From: a virus
Taxonomy: Duplodnaviria > Caudoviricetes
Length of the DNA stretch: 41,116 bases
Direction: 5' to 3' (one strand)
IMG/VR virus record: IMGVR_UViG_3300030330_001389
Span: 1-41,116 of that record
Shown: piece after piece, positions 27,841-36,439 of the stretch
Layout: each line of letters opens with the position of its first letter
How positions within the stretch are numbered: the stretch's first letter is position 1
Made by a program: the position numbers and the translations under genes
The notes under the pieces: model-generated
Told to the model about the DNA's origin: nothing
Databases searched by the model: none
What the model saw: the letters and a program-made list of their open reading frames with translations, nothing else

Positions 27841-28005
27841 ATGTATAAAGTTGAAAGTATATCCATATATGGTGGAACAATGGTGTGGGAATTTGATTCT
27901 CTTGACTTAGCTAAAAACAAAGTAAGGGAATTAAAAGACAATGGTAACACAAACCATTTTATCATTACGCTATACGACATGGATAAGCAAGAACTAATTA
28001 AGTAA
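27841..28005 (+). CDS. 54-aa hypothetical protein
   Basis: AAGGA SD; MYKVESISIYGGTMVWEFDSLDLAKNKVRELKDNG...; not in track. Confidence 0.65.
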   Translation: MYKVESISIYGGTMVWEFDSLDLAKNKVRELKDNGNTNHFIITLYDMDKQELIK

Positions 28006-28034
28006 ACAAACAAAAGAATAGTAAAGGAGGAAGT

Positions 28035-28265
28035 ATGGCTAATATATTTGATGAACCAAAGCTGCTTAAAGCATGGTGTATTAAATTAGCTAACGCTTGT
28101 GGAGGACAAAAAGTAGAAAAGTCTATTGTTCTTACGCAGCTAAATACTAAACGCATTACAGAACTATTAGATGAGTTTGTGCAGGACCATAACGAAAACA
28201 CAATGAAAGTTGCACAAGAATTAGATAATGGTATAGTGGACAATACAAACAAGGAAGAGGAATAA
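28035..28265 (+). CDS. Hypothetical protein
   Basis: AAGGAGG SD. Confidence 0.7.
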   Translation: MANIFDEPKLLKAWCIKLANACGGQKVEKSIVLTQLNTKRITELLDEFVQDHNENTMKVAQELDNGIVDNTNKEEE

Positions 28266-28390
28266 TGGCTTTATGCAGACATAATCAAATAATAATTGAT
28301 AATGGTAATTCATGGTGTGATGATTGTGGAGAATCTACTGGTGCTATTTATAAACCAGAGGTGCATTTACATGATGAGGAGAATTTATAA
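28265..28390 (+). CDS. 41-aa zinc-binding protein
   Basis: MALCRH...WCDDCG; TAATG coupling at both ends. Confidence 0.65.
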   Translation: MALCRHNQIIIDNGNSWCDDCGESTGAIYKPEVHLHDEENL

Positions 28391-28617
28391 TGTCATTCTT
28401 AATAGAATATTATGCCTATGTTATGGTCAGCATATTGACAGTTGTTGTAATACTAGGACTATTTACTGTATACATAGCGGTTATGACACTATGGGAAAAC
28501 AGACCATATTTTAAAGTAAGAGTAAGAGAAGAAGAACGACTTAGACATTTTAAATTGTCAGATGAGTTTTTAAAAGAAATAAATAAAATACAAAAGGAAA
28601 GTGGTATAGATGAGTAA
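28390..28617 (+). CDS. Membrane protein
   Basis: N-terminal hydrophobic helix. Confidence 0.65.
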   Translation: MSFLIEYYAYVMVSILTVVVILGLFTVYIAVMTLWENRPYFKVRVREEERLRHFKLSDEFLKEINKIQKESGIDE

Positions 28618-28822
28618 AGATACTGAACTATCTATTAAGTTAGGAGAAGTCCAGGACTTGATAGAAAAAAACAACACAGATAAAAAAATATTATTAGAGA
28701 AAAGAAATATTATTATTAAGCAATTAAAAAGAGCAGGATGGTCAGCAATTAGAATAGCAAAACATATTGGCATGACTAGAGATTTTGTTTACAAAGCAAT
28801 AGACACAGTAGAGGAGGACTAA
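28610..28822 (+). CDS. HTH DNA-binding protein
   Basis: GWSAIRIAKHIGMTRDFVYKAI. Confidence 0.75.
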   Translation: MSKDTELSIKLGEVQDLIEKNNTDKKILLEKRNIIIKQLKRAGWSAIRIAKHIGMTRDFVYKAIDTVEED

Positions 28823-29688
28823 TGGCTAAGTTTAACTTAGATAATTACGAAACAGTAGAAGAACGACTAAAGAAATTCTGGAAAGATTATCCTAATGGAA
28901 GAGTAGAAACAGAAGTTGTACACATAACTGAAGATGGAACATGTGTCACAATTAAGTCTGCTATCTATAAAGATATGAATGATACGCATCCAGTAGCAAC
29001 TGGTATTGCACAGGAAACTAAAGGACAAGGCGGATTTGCTAACGCTGATGCCTGGATGGAAAACTGCGAAACGAGTTCGCTAGGCAGAAGTTTAAGTAAC
29101 TGGATGTATCAAGGTGCTAACAAACCTAGACCAAGTAGAGAAGAAATGTCTAAAGTTAAGGTAGAAAAAAAACCAGTTAAACAACCTACTAAAAAAGAAT
29201 TAGAAGCTATGAACAAAGTAATTGATGAAATGGTAGCTGAACCAAAGAATGCAACTGGTGATGTAGGTAAGCAACTTAATCAATTACTTGCAGCTATGAT
29301 TCCTGATGAATCATTACGACAAACAATTAAAGGTAATGCCTACAATGAGCTAGTCAATAATGGTTTAGCAGACAAGGATATTAAATTGTGGACCAAAGAA
29401 AACATGGATGTCTTTATGACTAGAGCAGAGGACATGTTAAAGATGCTAGATAACAATACAAACGATACAGATATAGTAGAAGATGTATTTGGTGAGGTAA
29501 CAACAGCAGTTGTTAGAGCATGTCCAGAGTGTAATAGTCCAGACTGGATAGAGGACAACAGGGAAAAAAAGGCAAGTGATGAACGCTTTTCAAAGATACC
29601 TTCATGGAGTTGCAGCACATACCAAGGCAACAATGGTTGCGGTTGGACTGCATGGGGAGATACTGATTGTCCAAAAGAGTGGCTATAG
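28822..29688 (+). CDS. Single-strand annealing protein (Rad52/Sak-like) with C-terminal Zn ribbon
   Basis: YETVEERL...ATGIAQE...ENCETSSLGRSL; CPEC...WSC...GCG. Confidence 0.65.
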   Translation: MAKFNLDNYETVEERLKKFWKDYPNGRVETEVVHITEDGTCVTIKSAIYKDMNDTHPVATGIAQETKGQGGFANADAWMENCETSSLGRSLSNWMYQGANKPRPSREEMSKVKVEKKPVKQPTKKELEAMNKVIDEMVAEPKNATGDVGKQLNQLLAAMIPDESLRQTIKGNAYNELVNNGLADKDIKLWTKENMDVFMTRAEDMLKMLDNNTNDTDIVEDVFGEVTTAVVRACPECNSPDWIEDNREKKASDERFSKIPSWSCSTYQGNNGCGWTAWGDTDCPKEWL

Positions 29689-29972
29689 AAGATGGTATAT
29701 CAATTAATGTGGACAAACTTAAAGCTAAGTTGCAGGAAAGATACCCTAACTACAATTTTGATATACCACCTCCACCAGATACTAAACATAAGTCACCGCA
29801 TAATTGTAAATTTAATAAAGTATTTTATTACGATATGGAAGGAAACAAATACTGCGGTTGTAGATACAAAGAGGTAGATACAAACAATATACACAAATGG
29901 GAATACAAAGTGTGTCACGCACTTGTAGAAAAAGCAGAACAAGGAGGAGAACAAGATGCCATACCATTTTGA
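29667..29972 (+). CDS. Cys/His hypothetical protein (start uncertain)
   Basis: Fills the operon; ends in DAIPF, resembling an SSB tail. Confidence 0.55.
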   Translation: MSKRVAIEDGISINVDKLKAKLQERYPNYNFDIPPPPDTKHKSPHNCKFNKVFYYDMEGNKYCGCRYKEVDTNNIHKWEYKVCHALVEKAEQGGEQDAIPF

Positions 29973-30150
29973 AGAGATGAGTAAACCATTACAAGAGTTT
30001 TGGGGAAAGCAAAAAGAAATTGGTAATGTCAAAGCTACACCTCATTCAGGTAATTGTATGTTGTGTGCAAACACATTAACAAAACAAGACACAGACCACA
30101 GTGTATGCAATATATGTTGGGTTAAATTAGGCAGCGATAATGAAGTGTAA
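29956..30150 (+). CDS. Zinc-finger protein
   Basis: AGGAGG SD; CMLC...CNIC. Confidence 0.65.
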   Translation: MPYHFEEMSKPLQEFWGKQKEIGNVKATPHSGNCMLCANTLTKQDTDHSVCNICWVKLGSDNEV

Positions 30151-30268
30151 AATTTGTGGTCATGATTTGTCTATTGGATGGCGTAATGGTGATAAAGATG
30201 AAGATTTAGTTGCTTGTCATAATTGCGAAAAACAATGGGAAGTTGCTGAATATTTTGGAGAACATTAA
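30140..30268 (+). CDS. 42-aa zinc-ribbon protein
   Basis: MKCKICG...ACHNCEKQW; coupled to next gene; not in track. Confidence 0.65.
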   Translation: MKCKICGHDLSIGWRNGDKDEDLVACHNCEKQWEVAEYFGEH

Positions 30269-30744
30269 TGAGCAATACACATAAAAATAGTTACGAATCC
30301 AGGAATAGTGGAGAAGATATGGCAGATATAGCCATGCAAAATTATCTAGAAAAAATAGAATTAGTAGAATATAAAGATTACCTCCGCATAGGAACAGACC
30401 CTAAAATTAACAAGCTAGATTTATTTTGGTATGCAACAGAAATATTATTGTTACCTGATTATATTGTTGTACAAAAAGGTTACATATTTTTTGTAGAAGT
30501 AAAAGGTACTAAGCGACTTAAAGCATCAGATTATTACAAAATACAAGAAATGGACTGGAAAGGCAGCAAGTACAGAGAAGTTAAAGTTGGATTAATGTAT
30601 TTTAGTAATAAAAACGCAGAACCTAAATGGTACCCTGCTAATGTATTAGTAGATATATGGAAAGATTCAGATATACCTATGAAGTATTACCCAGAATTAG
30701 ATTTTAAAGGAAACAAAAAAGCATACAAGGAGATACCATACTAG
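30268..30744 (+). CDS. PD-(D/E)xK nuclease (resolvase-like)
   Basis: SGE...LPDYIV...FVEVKG. Confidence 0.75.
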   Translation: MSNTHKNSYESRNSGEDMADIAMQNYLEKIELVEYKDYLRIGTDPKINKLDLFWYATEILLLPDYIVVQKGYIFFVEVKGTKRLKASDYYKIQEMDWKGSKYREVKVGLMYFSNKNAEPKWYPANVLVDIWKDSDIPMKYYPELDFKGNKKAYKEIPY

Positions 30745-30764
30745 AATCTATTATCTTATCCTGC

Positions 30765-31157
30765 ATGATGTACATAACTGGACCGCTTACTCCAAACATG
30801 TTACAAGATTACAAATGGTGTGACAGTACTAATGAAAAAGTACAGCAAGTTTCTAACTGGACACATTTGGTCAGCACTTTTTTTGAAAAAAAAGATACAC
30901 AACAAGCATTATTAATTATTTATTGCGAAAGCAGAGGTAAATCTAGTGCTGTTGGACATAACAAAAATAAAACATACGACATAGGATTGTGGCAATTTAA
31001 CGACACGACATTTGCATGGTTACAAGATAAGTTAATTAATATGACTGGTAGTTGGAACAGGTTTGACCCTATATTTTCTACTAAACTTGCTAGTTGGTTA
31101 GTGTACAATGATGGTTGGCATCATTGGAATAGTAGTAAACATTGTTGGGGAAGGTAG
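30765..31157 (+). CDS. Lytic transglycosylase (SLT/Rpf-like lysozyme fold); start uncertain
   Basis: CES (catalytic Glu), GLWQF, GWHHW..SKHCW. Confidence 0.8.
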   Translation: MMYITGPLTPNMLQDYKWCDSTNEKVQQVSNWTHLVSTFFEKKDTQQALLIIYCESRGKSSAVGHNKNKTYDIGLWQFNDTTFAWLQDKLINMTGSWNRFDPIFSTKLASWLVYNDGWHHWNSSKHCWGR

Positions 31158-31169
31158 TATAATAAAACT

Positions 31170-31298
31170 ATGTCAGTATATGCAAAAGCTATGGCACAAA
31201 AAGCTATGGAACAAAAACAAAATAATTTTAAAGAAACTGGAATATACGAAACAAATATACAGAGAAAAAAAAGAGAATCTAATTTAGAGAATCTTTAA
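31170..31298 (+). CDS. 42-aa protein on a likely leaderless transcript
   Basis: TATAAT-AAAACT-ATG; MSVYAKAMAQKAMEQKQNNFKETGIYET... Confidence 0.5.
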   Translation: MSVYAKAMAQKAMEQKQNNFKETGIYETNIQRKKRESNLENL

Positions 31299-32453
31299 GT
31301 TATCCCAACCTTTTTCATTAACAGTAAAAGTCAATACTCCAGGATGCGACCACATACCAGTCCTTGCAGTAAAGTCTATTGACTTATCCAAACTAGGAGA
31401 TTGAAACCAGGTCCTATCACCTTGCTGCTTACTTCTAAAATGATGGTAATGACCAGTCACAAGAATTTGACATTGACCTGCAGGAAGAAAACCATACATC
31501 TGTCCTTTCCACCAGTTTTCTATTTTAGTTTCAGGATTAGCACCTCCACCTGATGTCATGTGTCCATGTGTCCATCCACATGTAATACCTTTTATGTCCA
31601 TTACTTGATGAAAACCATCAGGAATTTTTACCTTCACCTTTTTGTATCTATCAGGATTAGCTTTCATAATCTCACCACATATCTGCAAGTGCATGGTATC
31701 AGTATTATCTAATCTGTTAGTAACAACTTGACCTTTTTGTGACCGAGATGCTTCACCATGATTTCCTGGAGAACCTGCCAAAATTAATTTATCAGCAAGT
31801 GGTAGAAAAGTATCTACAGTTTTCATTATCATAGACCTAGCCAACGCATATTGTTCTATCATTGTAAGTTCAATATTAAAAGGTTGACTATCGTAAAACC
31901 CATAACAGTTTTCTGTAAGGTCACCTAATCCTATCATATAAATTTCATCTATCTGCACACCTATCTTACGCAGTTCTTTAATTCTATTTACTGCATCTTG
32001 TAAAGCTATGTCGTATCTTTTAATCGTGTTTTCTACTCCATAATCTTTTTTTCCAAGTTGCCAGTCTGCCATAAAAAATAAAAAAGCGGTGTCACCGCCA
32101 TGTGTTTTTAATTTAAGAGGTGGTTTACGACCTGCTTGTTTAAATAATGCCTGGAAATATTTGTCATGTCCTGGTCTTTTCTTTTTTACAATGCCTTTAA
32201 ATGCGTAAAAAGTTTCAGTCCTGCCACCTTTCAACTGTACATTCCAGGAAGATGCACGAACTGAACCTTCTATTTCATAATGTTTAGGGTCAAATCCCCA
32301 TTCTCTTAATATAGAATCAAATTTATTTCTATAATCTGGGTCTGTACCGACATGAGTTATTTCACCTAATCCTGTCTGTTCGTTAACTTCTAGTCCTGGT
32401 TGCCACCCTGACTTGTAGAAGTTATTACCCCATTCTTCTGGTACTTTAGGCAT
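31284..32453 (-). CDS. Calcineurin-like metallophosphoesterase (Mre11/SbcD-like)
   Basis: ADWQLG, LGDL, GNHG, THGH, GHYHH motifs; GGAGG SD. Confidence 0.85.
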   Translation of the reverse strand: MPKVPEEWGNNFYKSGWQPGLEVNEQTGLGEITHVGTDPDYRNKFDSILREWGFDPKHYEIEGSVRASSWNVQLKGGRTETFYAFKGIVKKKRPGHDKYFQALFKQAGRKPPLKLKTHGGDTAFLFFMADWQLGKKDYGVENTIKRYDIALQDAVNRIKELRKIGVQIDEIYMIGLGDLTENCYGFYDSQPFNIELTMIEQYALARSMIMKTVDTFLPLADKLILAGSPGNHGEASRSQKGQVVTNRLDNTDTMHLQICGEIMKANPDRYKKVKVKIPDGFHQVMDIKGITCGWTHGHMTSGGGANPETKIENWWKGQMYGFLPAGQCQILVTGHYHHFRSKQQGDRTWFQSPSLDKSIDFTARTGMWSHPGVLTFTVNEKGWDNLKIL

Positions 32454-32482
32454 AATACCTCCCTTGCCCTGTTGTTATAATC

Positions 32483-32764
32483 CTATTTGGATATTTGTTT
32501 TTTTGCGTAAGATTTAACCACAGCTAAAGCTGCACCACCACCTGCCAAAGCGGCAAGTTGAACAGTATTGGCATCAACAGATACCAATGGTGCTACTACT
32601 AACGCACCTAAAAATGCTTCAACGAAAGTCCAAAAGGTTCTTTCAAGCATGTCTTTTAAGTCATCACTCATTTTATAACTCCATGATTCTGACCAAGGTG
32701 TCCACGCTACATCCTTCTTGAATGTACCATCTTGGTTTCTTCTTCTTTTTGATTTCTCAAACAT
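32483..32764 (-). CDS. Holin (r1t/actinophage type)
   Basis: ERTFWTFVEAFLG...ALAVVKS with two TM helices, next to endolysin. Confidence 0.75.
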   Translation of the reverse strand: MFEKSKRRRNQDGTFKKDVAWTPWSESWSYKMSDDLKDMLERTFWTFVEAFLGALVVAPLVSVDANTVQLAALAGGGAALAVVKSYAKKQISK

Positions 32765-33408
32765 TATCTTATAATCCTCCCTCTAAGCATAGCTTGTGTT
32801 TGTATGACACCACCATTAACTTCAGAAATATCTTCTTTTAGTTCTTGTATTTTGTCCATAACTGTTCTAGCTAAAACTACATCATCTGTAGATGAATTAG
32901 ATAATGGATTTTCTAATGCTTTTGTTATAGCATTTGGAGATTGTTCTAATAATTTAGCTATGGTTGTATATTCAATAGATACTTTGTTGCCTTTTAATAA
33001 TTCTTTTGCCACCTTGCTATACAATTTTTTATACGCTATCACGCTACTGCCAATAAACCCATCATCATTTATATCTAAGTCTTGTTGGGTTTCTCCTACA
33101 ATTAAACAACCTGATGTGTGTTCATCTGTATTACCTGAGTGTATAAGTATATAAGTAAACCCAGGTACATCTTGTAAGTGCAACATACCATAGTGAGCAT
33201 TACCATATCTTTTTAAATATTTTGTATGAAATCCACCTGTTTTTCTAAATTTTATATTGTATGTTCCTTCAGGTATGCAAGTTTCGTGCATAACTTTTAC
33301 TGCTTGATATTGGTCCTCTAATGTATAACATTCAAACAAACCATTAACTAATAATATTCCATTGGTCGCATCAGTTCCCATTTGAGTTCTAACTACTGTA
33401 AGTTTCAT
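32764..33408 (-). CDS. DUF5675-family putative endolysin
   Basis: CYTLED, CIPEGTY, ILIHSGN...TSGCLIVG. Confidence 0.75.
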   Translation of the reverse strand: MKLTVVRTQMGTDATNGILLVNGLFECYTLEDQYQAVKVMHETCIPEGTYNIKFRKTGGFHTKYLKRYGNAHYGMLHLQDVPGFTYILIHSGNTDEHTSGCLIVGETQQDLDINDDGFIGSSVIAYKKLYSKVAKELLKGNKVSIEYTTIAKLLEQSPNAITKALENPLSNSSTDDVVLARTVMDKIQELKEDISEVNGGVIQTQAMLRGRIIR

Positions 33409-33526
33409 TGTATCTCCTGTTCTCTTTCTTAACTAAATAAAAAGATAATGGGTTAATTAGACTGTTCGCAACTGCAATTAATATCACCATACTTGCAGTT
33501 ACATATCTTAATAAATGACCCATCAT
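33389..33526 (-). CDS. Possible 45-aa membrane peptide
   Basis: MMGHLLRYVTASMVILIAVANSLINPLSFYLVKKENRRYNETYSS; overlaps the 29-aa ORF in another frame. Confidence 0.3.
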   Translation of the reverse strand: MMGHLLRYVTASMVILIAVANSLINPLSFYLVKKENRRYNETYSS

Positions 33527-33542
33527 CTTTAATTATAATCAT
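33453..33542 (-). CDS. 29-aa Cys-rich peptide
   Basis: MIIIKDDGSFIKICNCKYGDINCSCEQSN; ATG 2 nt after the upstream stop. Confidence 0.4.
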   Translation of the reverse strand: MIIIKDDGSFIKICNCKYGDINCSCEQSN

Positions 33543-33544
33543 TA

Positions 33545-34078
33545 TTAATGCCCATGTGTGTAACCCCATAAATCATTTATGGTGTTATTTATTTCATCTA
33601 TACGCCAATCAAAGTCATCAAATTTCCACCATTTGTCATTAAATTGTGTTTCTAAAACTAATACTCTGTCTTTTAATTGGTCAAATTCCCAAGATTCTAC
33701 TCCATTTGAATCCTGATTATCGTGATAATGATTGCTTTGATTAGCTTCTAAAAATGTAAGTCTATCTTCTATGTACTCTACATCATACATTTTAGAATCT
33801 AAATCAGAAACTTGTTGTTCTAATATTAAAACTCTATCTTCTATATATTGATTGTTGTAATTAGATTGTTCTAGCTGATATATTTTTTCGTATAATACAG
33901 ATATTTGTGCTTCAACTTGATTTTCAGCTATGATACTTTCAAGATTAGATACTCGTTCATCAATTGTAGATAATGTATCAACCATTCTACCTGCTGTATT
34001 AATACCACCTGCAACAGCACCCAAAACAGTAAAAAGACCAAGGACCAAACCAATGTTCTTACGAAGTTTTTCAATCAT
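33545..34078 (-). CDS. Membrane-anchored coiled-coil protein
   Basis: N-terminal TM; repeated (I/L)xDRVxxLE heptads. Confidence 0.7.
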   Translation of the reverse strand: MIEKLRKNIGLVLGLFTVLGAVAGGINTAGRMVDTLSTIDERVSNLESIIAENQVEAQISVLYEKIYQLEQSNYNNQYIEDRVLILEQQVSDLDSKMYDVEYIEDRLTFLEANQSNHYHDNQDSNGVESWEFDQLKDRVLVLETQFNDKWWKFDDFDWRIDEINNTINDLWGYTHGH

Positions 34079-34113
34079 CTACCACCGCAACAACCATTAC
34101 CGCAACAGTCCAC
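34075..34113 (-). CDS. 12-aa Cys-rich micropeptide MDCCGNGCCGGR
   Basis: GTG directly after upstream TAA, GGGGGTG SD, ATGA overlap with next gene. Confidence 0.5.
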   Translation of the reverse strand: MDCCGNGCCGGR

Positions 34114-34329
34114 TTATACACCCCCTAATTTTATAAGTATCTCTGTTATTGCAGAGTTAAGTTCCTGTTCTCTCATGGCTAAAGACATTAAATCTTCTTT
34201 AGCATCTGTTATTTGTACCATAAGTACAGATACTTCTTGTTGTAAATCATTTACAGTTTTGAATAGCCATCCCACCAATGCAGCTAATCCACCTTGCAGC
34301 ACTTGACTTAGATTAACTTGTGTTTTCAT
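34114..34329 (-). CDS. TM plus coiled-coil protein (start revised from 34344)
   Basis: ATGA coupling at 34329; LQGGLAALVGWLF then heptads. Confidence 0.65.
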   Translation of the reverse strand: MKTQVNLSQVLQGGLAALVGWLFKTVNDLQQEVSVLMVQITDAKEDLMSLAMREQELNSAITEILIKLGGV

Positions 34330-34439
34330 TCTATCCAATCCCATTCTTTTTCAGAATAATTATTGTTGCTTAATTGTTTTAGAATTACAAATATTTCTTT
34401 TAAAAAATATCCTAATAAAAATCCTATTATGTAATCCAT
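34326..34439 (-). CDS. 37-aa membrane peptide, likely leaderless
   Basis: MDYIIGFLLGYFLKEIFVILKQLSNNNYSEKEWDWIE; TGATATAAT ends 6 nt before ATG. Confidence 0.6.
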   Translation of the reverse strand: MDYIIGFLLGYFLKEIFVILKQLSNNNYSEKEWDWIE

Positions 34440-34460
34440 TTTTGGATTATATCATATTAT

Positions 34461-34763
34461 TTATTCAGGTTTAGGATTATCTGATTTAACTTTTGCTATG
34501 TGGTCTTTCCATGTTGTAGTGCCATTTACTTCATCCCAATACATCATATCTAACTGATTAGCAATAGAACCATATGCAGATTGTCTTGCAGAAATATAAC
34601 CAAATTGTTGTTCTTCCCATTTATAGTTGCCTATATCAATTTTATGTTGTGCGTATTCTTCTTCTGTTAATTCAGATGTTACACCATCAACTGACTTGGT
34701 TATAGGTTTTGCTGCTTCTACTTCAGCATCTGCTTCTAATTGTAGTTCTTCTTTTGTTGCCAT
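34461..34763 (-). CDS. Tail fibre assembly/chaperone-like protein
   Basis: RQSAYGSIANQLDMMYWD...WKDHIAKVKSDNPK. Confidence 0.65.
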   Translation of the reverse strand: MATKEELQLEADAEVEAAKPITKSVDGVTSELTEEEYAQHKIDIGNYKWEEQQFGYISARQSAYGSIANQLDMMYWDEVNGTTTWKDHIAKVKSDNPKPE

Positions 34764-34785
34764 ATAACTCCTATCTTACCATATT

Positions 34786-35313
34786 TTATTTTGACAATCC
34801 ATACAAGGTAAATTTTCCACGAAGTATATTACTTGTTGGACCTTCACACGATATTTCTACTCCATTTACTGCGGAATTGTGTGTATATACACCACCTCCA
34901 TGAATACCTAACATTGTTGTTGCATCTTCTGCCATATAAATAGTTTCTATTGTTACATGTGTGTGCATTGATGCGTTCGCTGCATTAAATATATATACAA
35001 ACATATTAAAACCTTTACCATCTGTATTGTTTAAGCTACCTGAACCAACAAAAAATGCTCTGTTTGTATCTGCTAAATTGTTGTAAGTTGCATCAGCTCG
35101 TATTGATTGTCCGCTTTCATCATAGTCGCTATTTGTAGTAGCAGTTCCACCTTCTGTAAATCTAAAATGAACATCAGCATTAGTTGTTACAGGGTTAAAA
35201 TCATTTACAACTAAAAGGTGTACATCATATGTACTATCAATTCCTGAAAGAGTTACGCTTGATTGTGATGATGTAACTGTATCTTCACTAATTTTTATTA
35301 AACTACCTGCCAT
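34786..35313 (-). CDS. Tail fibre/receptor-binding module, paralogue 3
   Basis: LIKI...SSVTLSGI..TYD...GKFTLYG. Confidence 0.65.
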   Translation of the reverse strand: MAGSLIKISEDTVTSSQSSVTLSGIDSTYDVHLLVVNDFNPVTTNADVHFRFTEGGTATTNSDYDESGQSIRADATYNNLADTNRAFFVGSGSLNNTDGKGFNMFVYIFNAANASMHTHVTIETIYMAEDATTMLGIHGGGVYTHNSAVNGVEISCEGPTSNILRGKFTLYGLSK

Positions 35314-35858
35314 TATCTTTTAACTCCCCATACTTTTATTGTTGCACCACTTTTAATACCATTACTACTACCAACATGAATAACTTGTATTCCTTTATGT
35401 GTTCCTGCTGTTGCTAATGTACCAATAGCTTTAGCTGAAAGAAACTCGTTACTTGTATTTACACCATAAGAATGTGCAATTAAAAATGAATAACTTGTAC
35501 TGTCGTGAGGAGAAAAAACATATAACACAGCTTCCCTTTGTTTACCTAAAGACAAATCTTTATCAGGTAAATGAGATATAAATATTTCATTTTGTCCTTG
35601 ATTTCTTACATCTAATTCAACACCACTACCACCATTTAAAACTCTTGAAGCATAGTTATAGGTAAAGGTATCGTTAATTGCAGCATTAGAACTATCTAAA
35701 AATCTAACAAATGTGTTATTAGCTACACCACTATCATCTTCAAATACATACACAACTTTGTAACAATCATAATCTGCTGTAAAACAATCACTAATACTTA
35801 ATATATCTGCATTAGAACTTGATGTTGCTGATTTAATAAACTCTAAATTACCTGGCAT
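35313..35858 (-). CDS. Tail fibre/receptor-binding module, paralogue 2
   Basis: LEFIKS...CFTADYDCYKV...ATIKVWG. Confidence 0.65.
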   Translation of the reverse strand: MPGNLEFIKSATSSSNADILSISDCFTADYDCYKVVYVFEDDSGVANNTFVRFLDSSNAAINDTFTYNYASRVLNGGSGVELDVRNQGQNEIFISHLPDKDLSLGKQREAVLYVFSPHDSTSYSFLIAHSYGVNTSNEFLSAKAIGTLATAGTHKGIQVIHVGSSNGIKSGATIKVWGVKR

Positions 35859-35860
35859 AA

Positions 35861-36439
35861 TTATTCACCCAAACCATATAACGAAAACACACCACTTGCT
35901 ATATCAGCACTTGTAAACAATACACGAAGTGCATTATTAGTTTCAGCAGTTGTAAACTTACCTGCACCAAAAGTTGAAATCATGTCAGGGTCCTGAGTAA
36001 CACCTGATAATTGATAATTTACTGTTGTAAATTTTGAACTGTTTCCTAAATTATATAAATAGACAAATGCACCACCAACGCATTCGCTACCACTATTACC
36101 TATGTTATGCACTAATGAAAAATGACTATCATTTGAAGCACCTTTATGTTGAAATGTACCATTAGCTTTCATATAATCAAACGACCAATAATAACCACTT
36201 GAACTATGATAACTGCTACCTCCATCATTGGATAGCTCTATTCTTACTGCTTTGTTATCTGCATCTGGCTTCATTCTAGATATTGTTAAAAAATGAGTTG
36301 CATAAACATCTTCTTTAATTGATGTAAAATTTACTGAACTTTGGTCAGTTGAAATAGTTTGTGTTTGTATTAATTCTAGTTTACCTAAATCAGCAATACC
36401 ACCTGTTATTAAAGCTCTAGCTGCACCTAATGGAGCCAT
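35861..36439 (-). CDS. Tail fibre/receptor-binding module, paralogue 1
   Basis: LELIQTQ...SVNFTSI...SGVFSLYG. Confidence 0.65.
   Translation of the reverse strand: MAPLGAARALITGGIADLGKLELIQTQTISTDQSSVNFTSIKEDVYATHFLTISRMKPDADNKAVRIELSNDGGSSYHSSSGYYWSFDYMKANGTFQHKGASNDSHFSLVHNIGNSGSECVGGAFVYLYNLGNSSKFTTVNYQLSGVTQDPDMISTFGAGKFTTAETNNALRVLFTSADIASGVFSLYGLGE

Noticed and set aside
28296-28514. Track ORF of 72 aa (also 29692-29877)
   Set aside because: Alternative frames overlapping better-supported coupled ORFs
29667-30268. WhiB-family regulator among Cys-rich ORFs
   Set aside because: No C-x-x-C-P-V...C plus G(V/I)WGG signature
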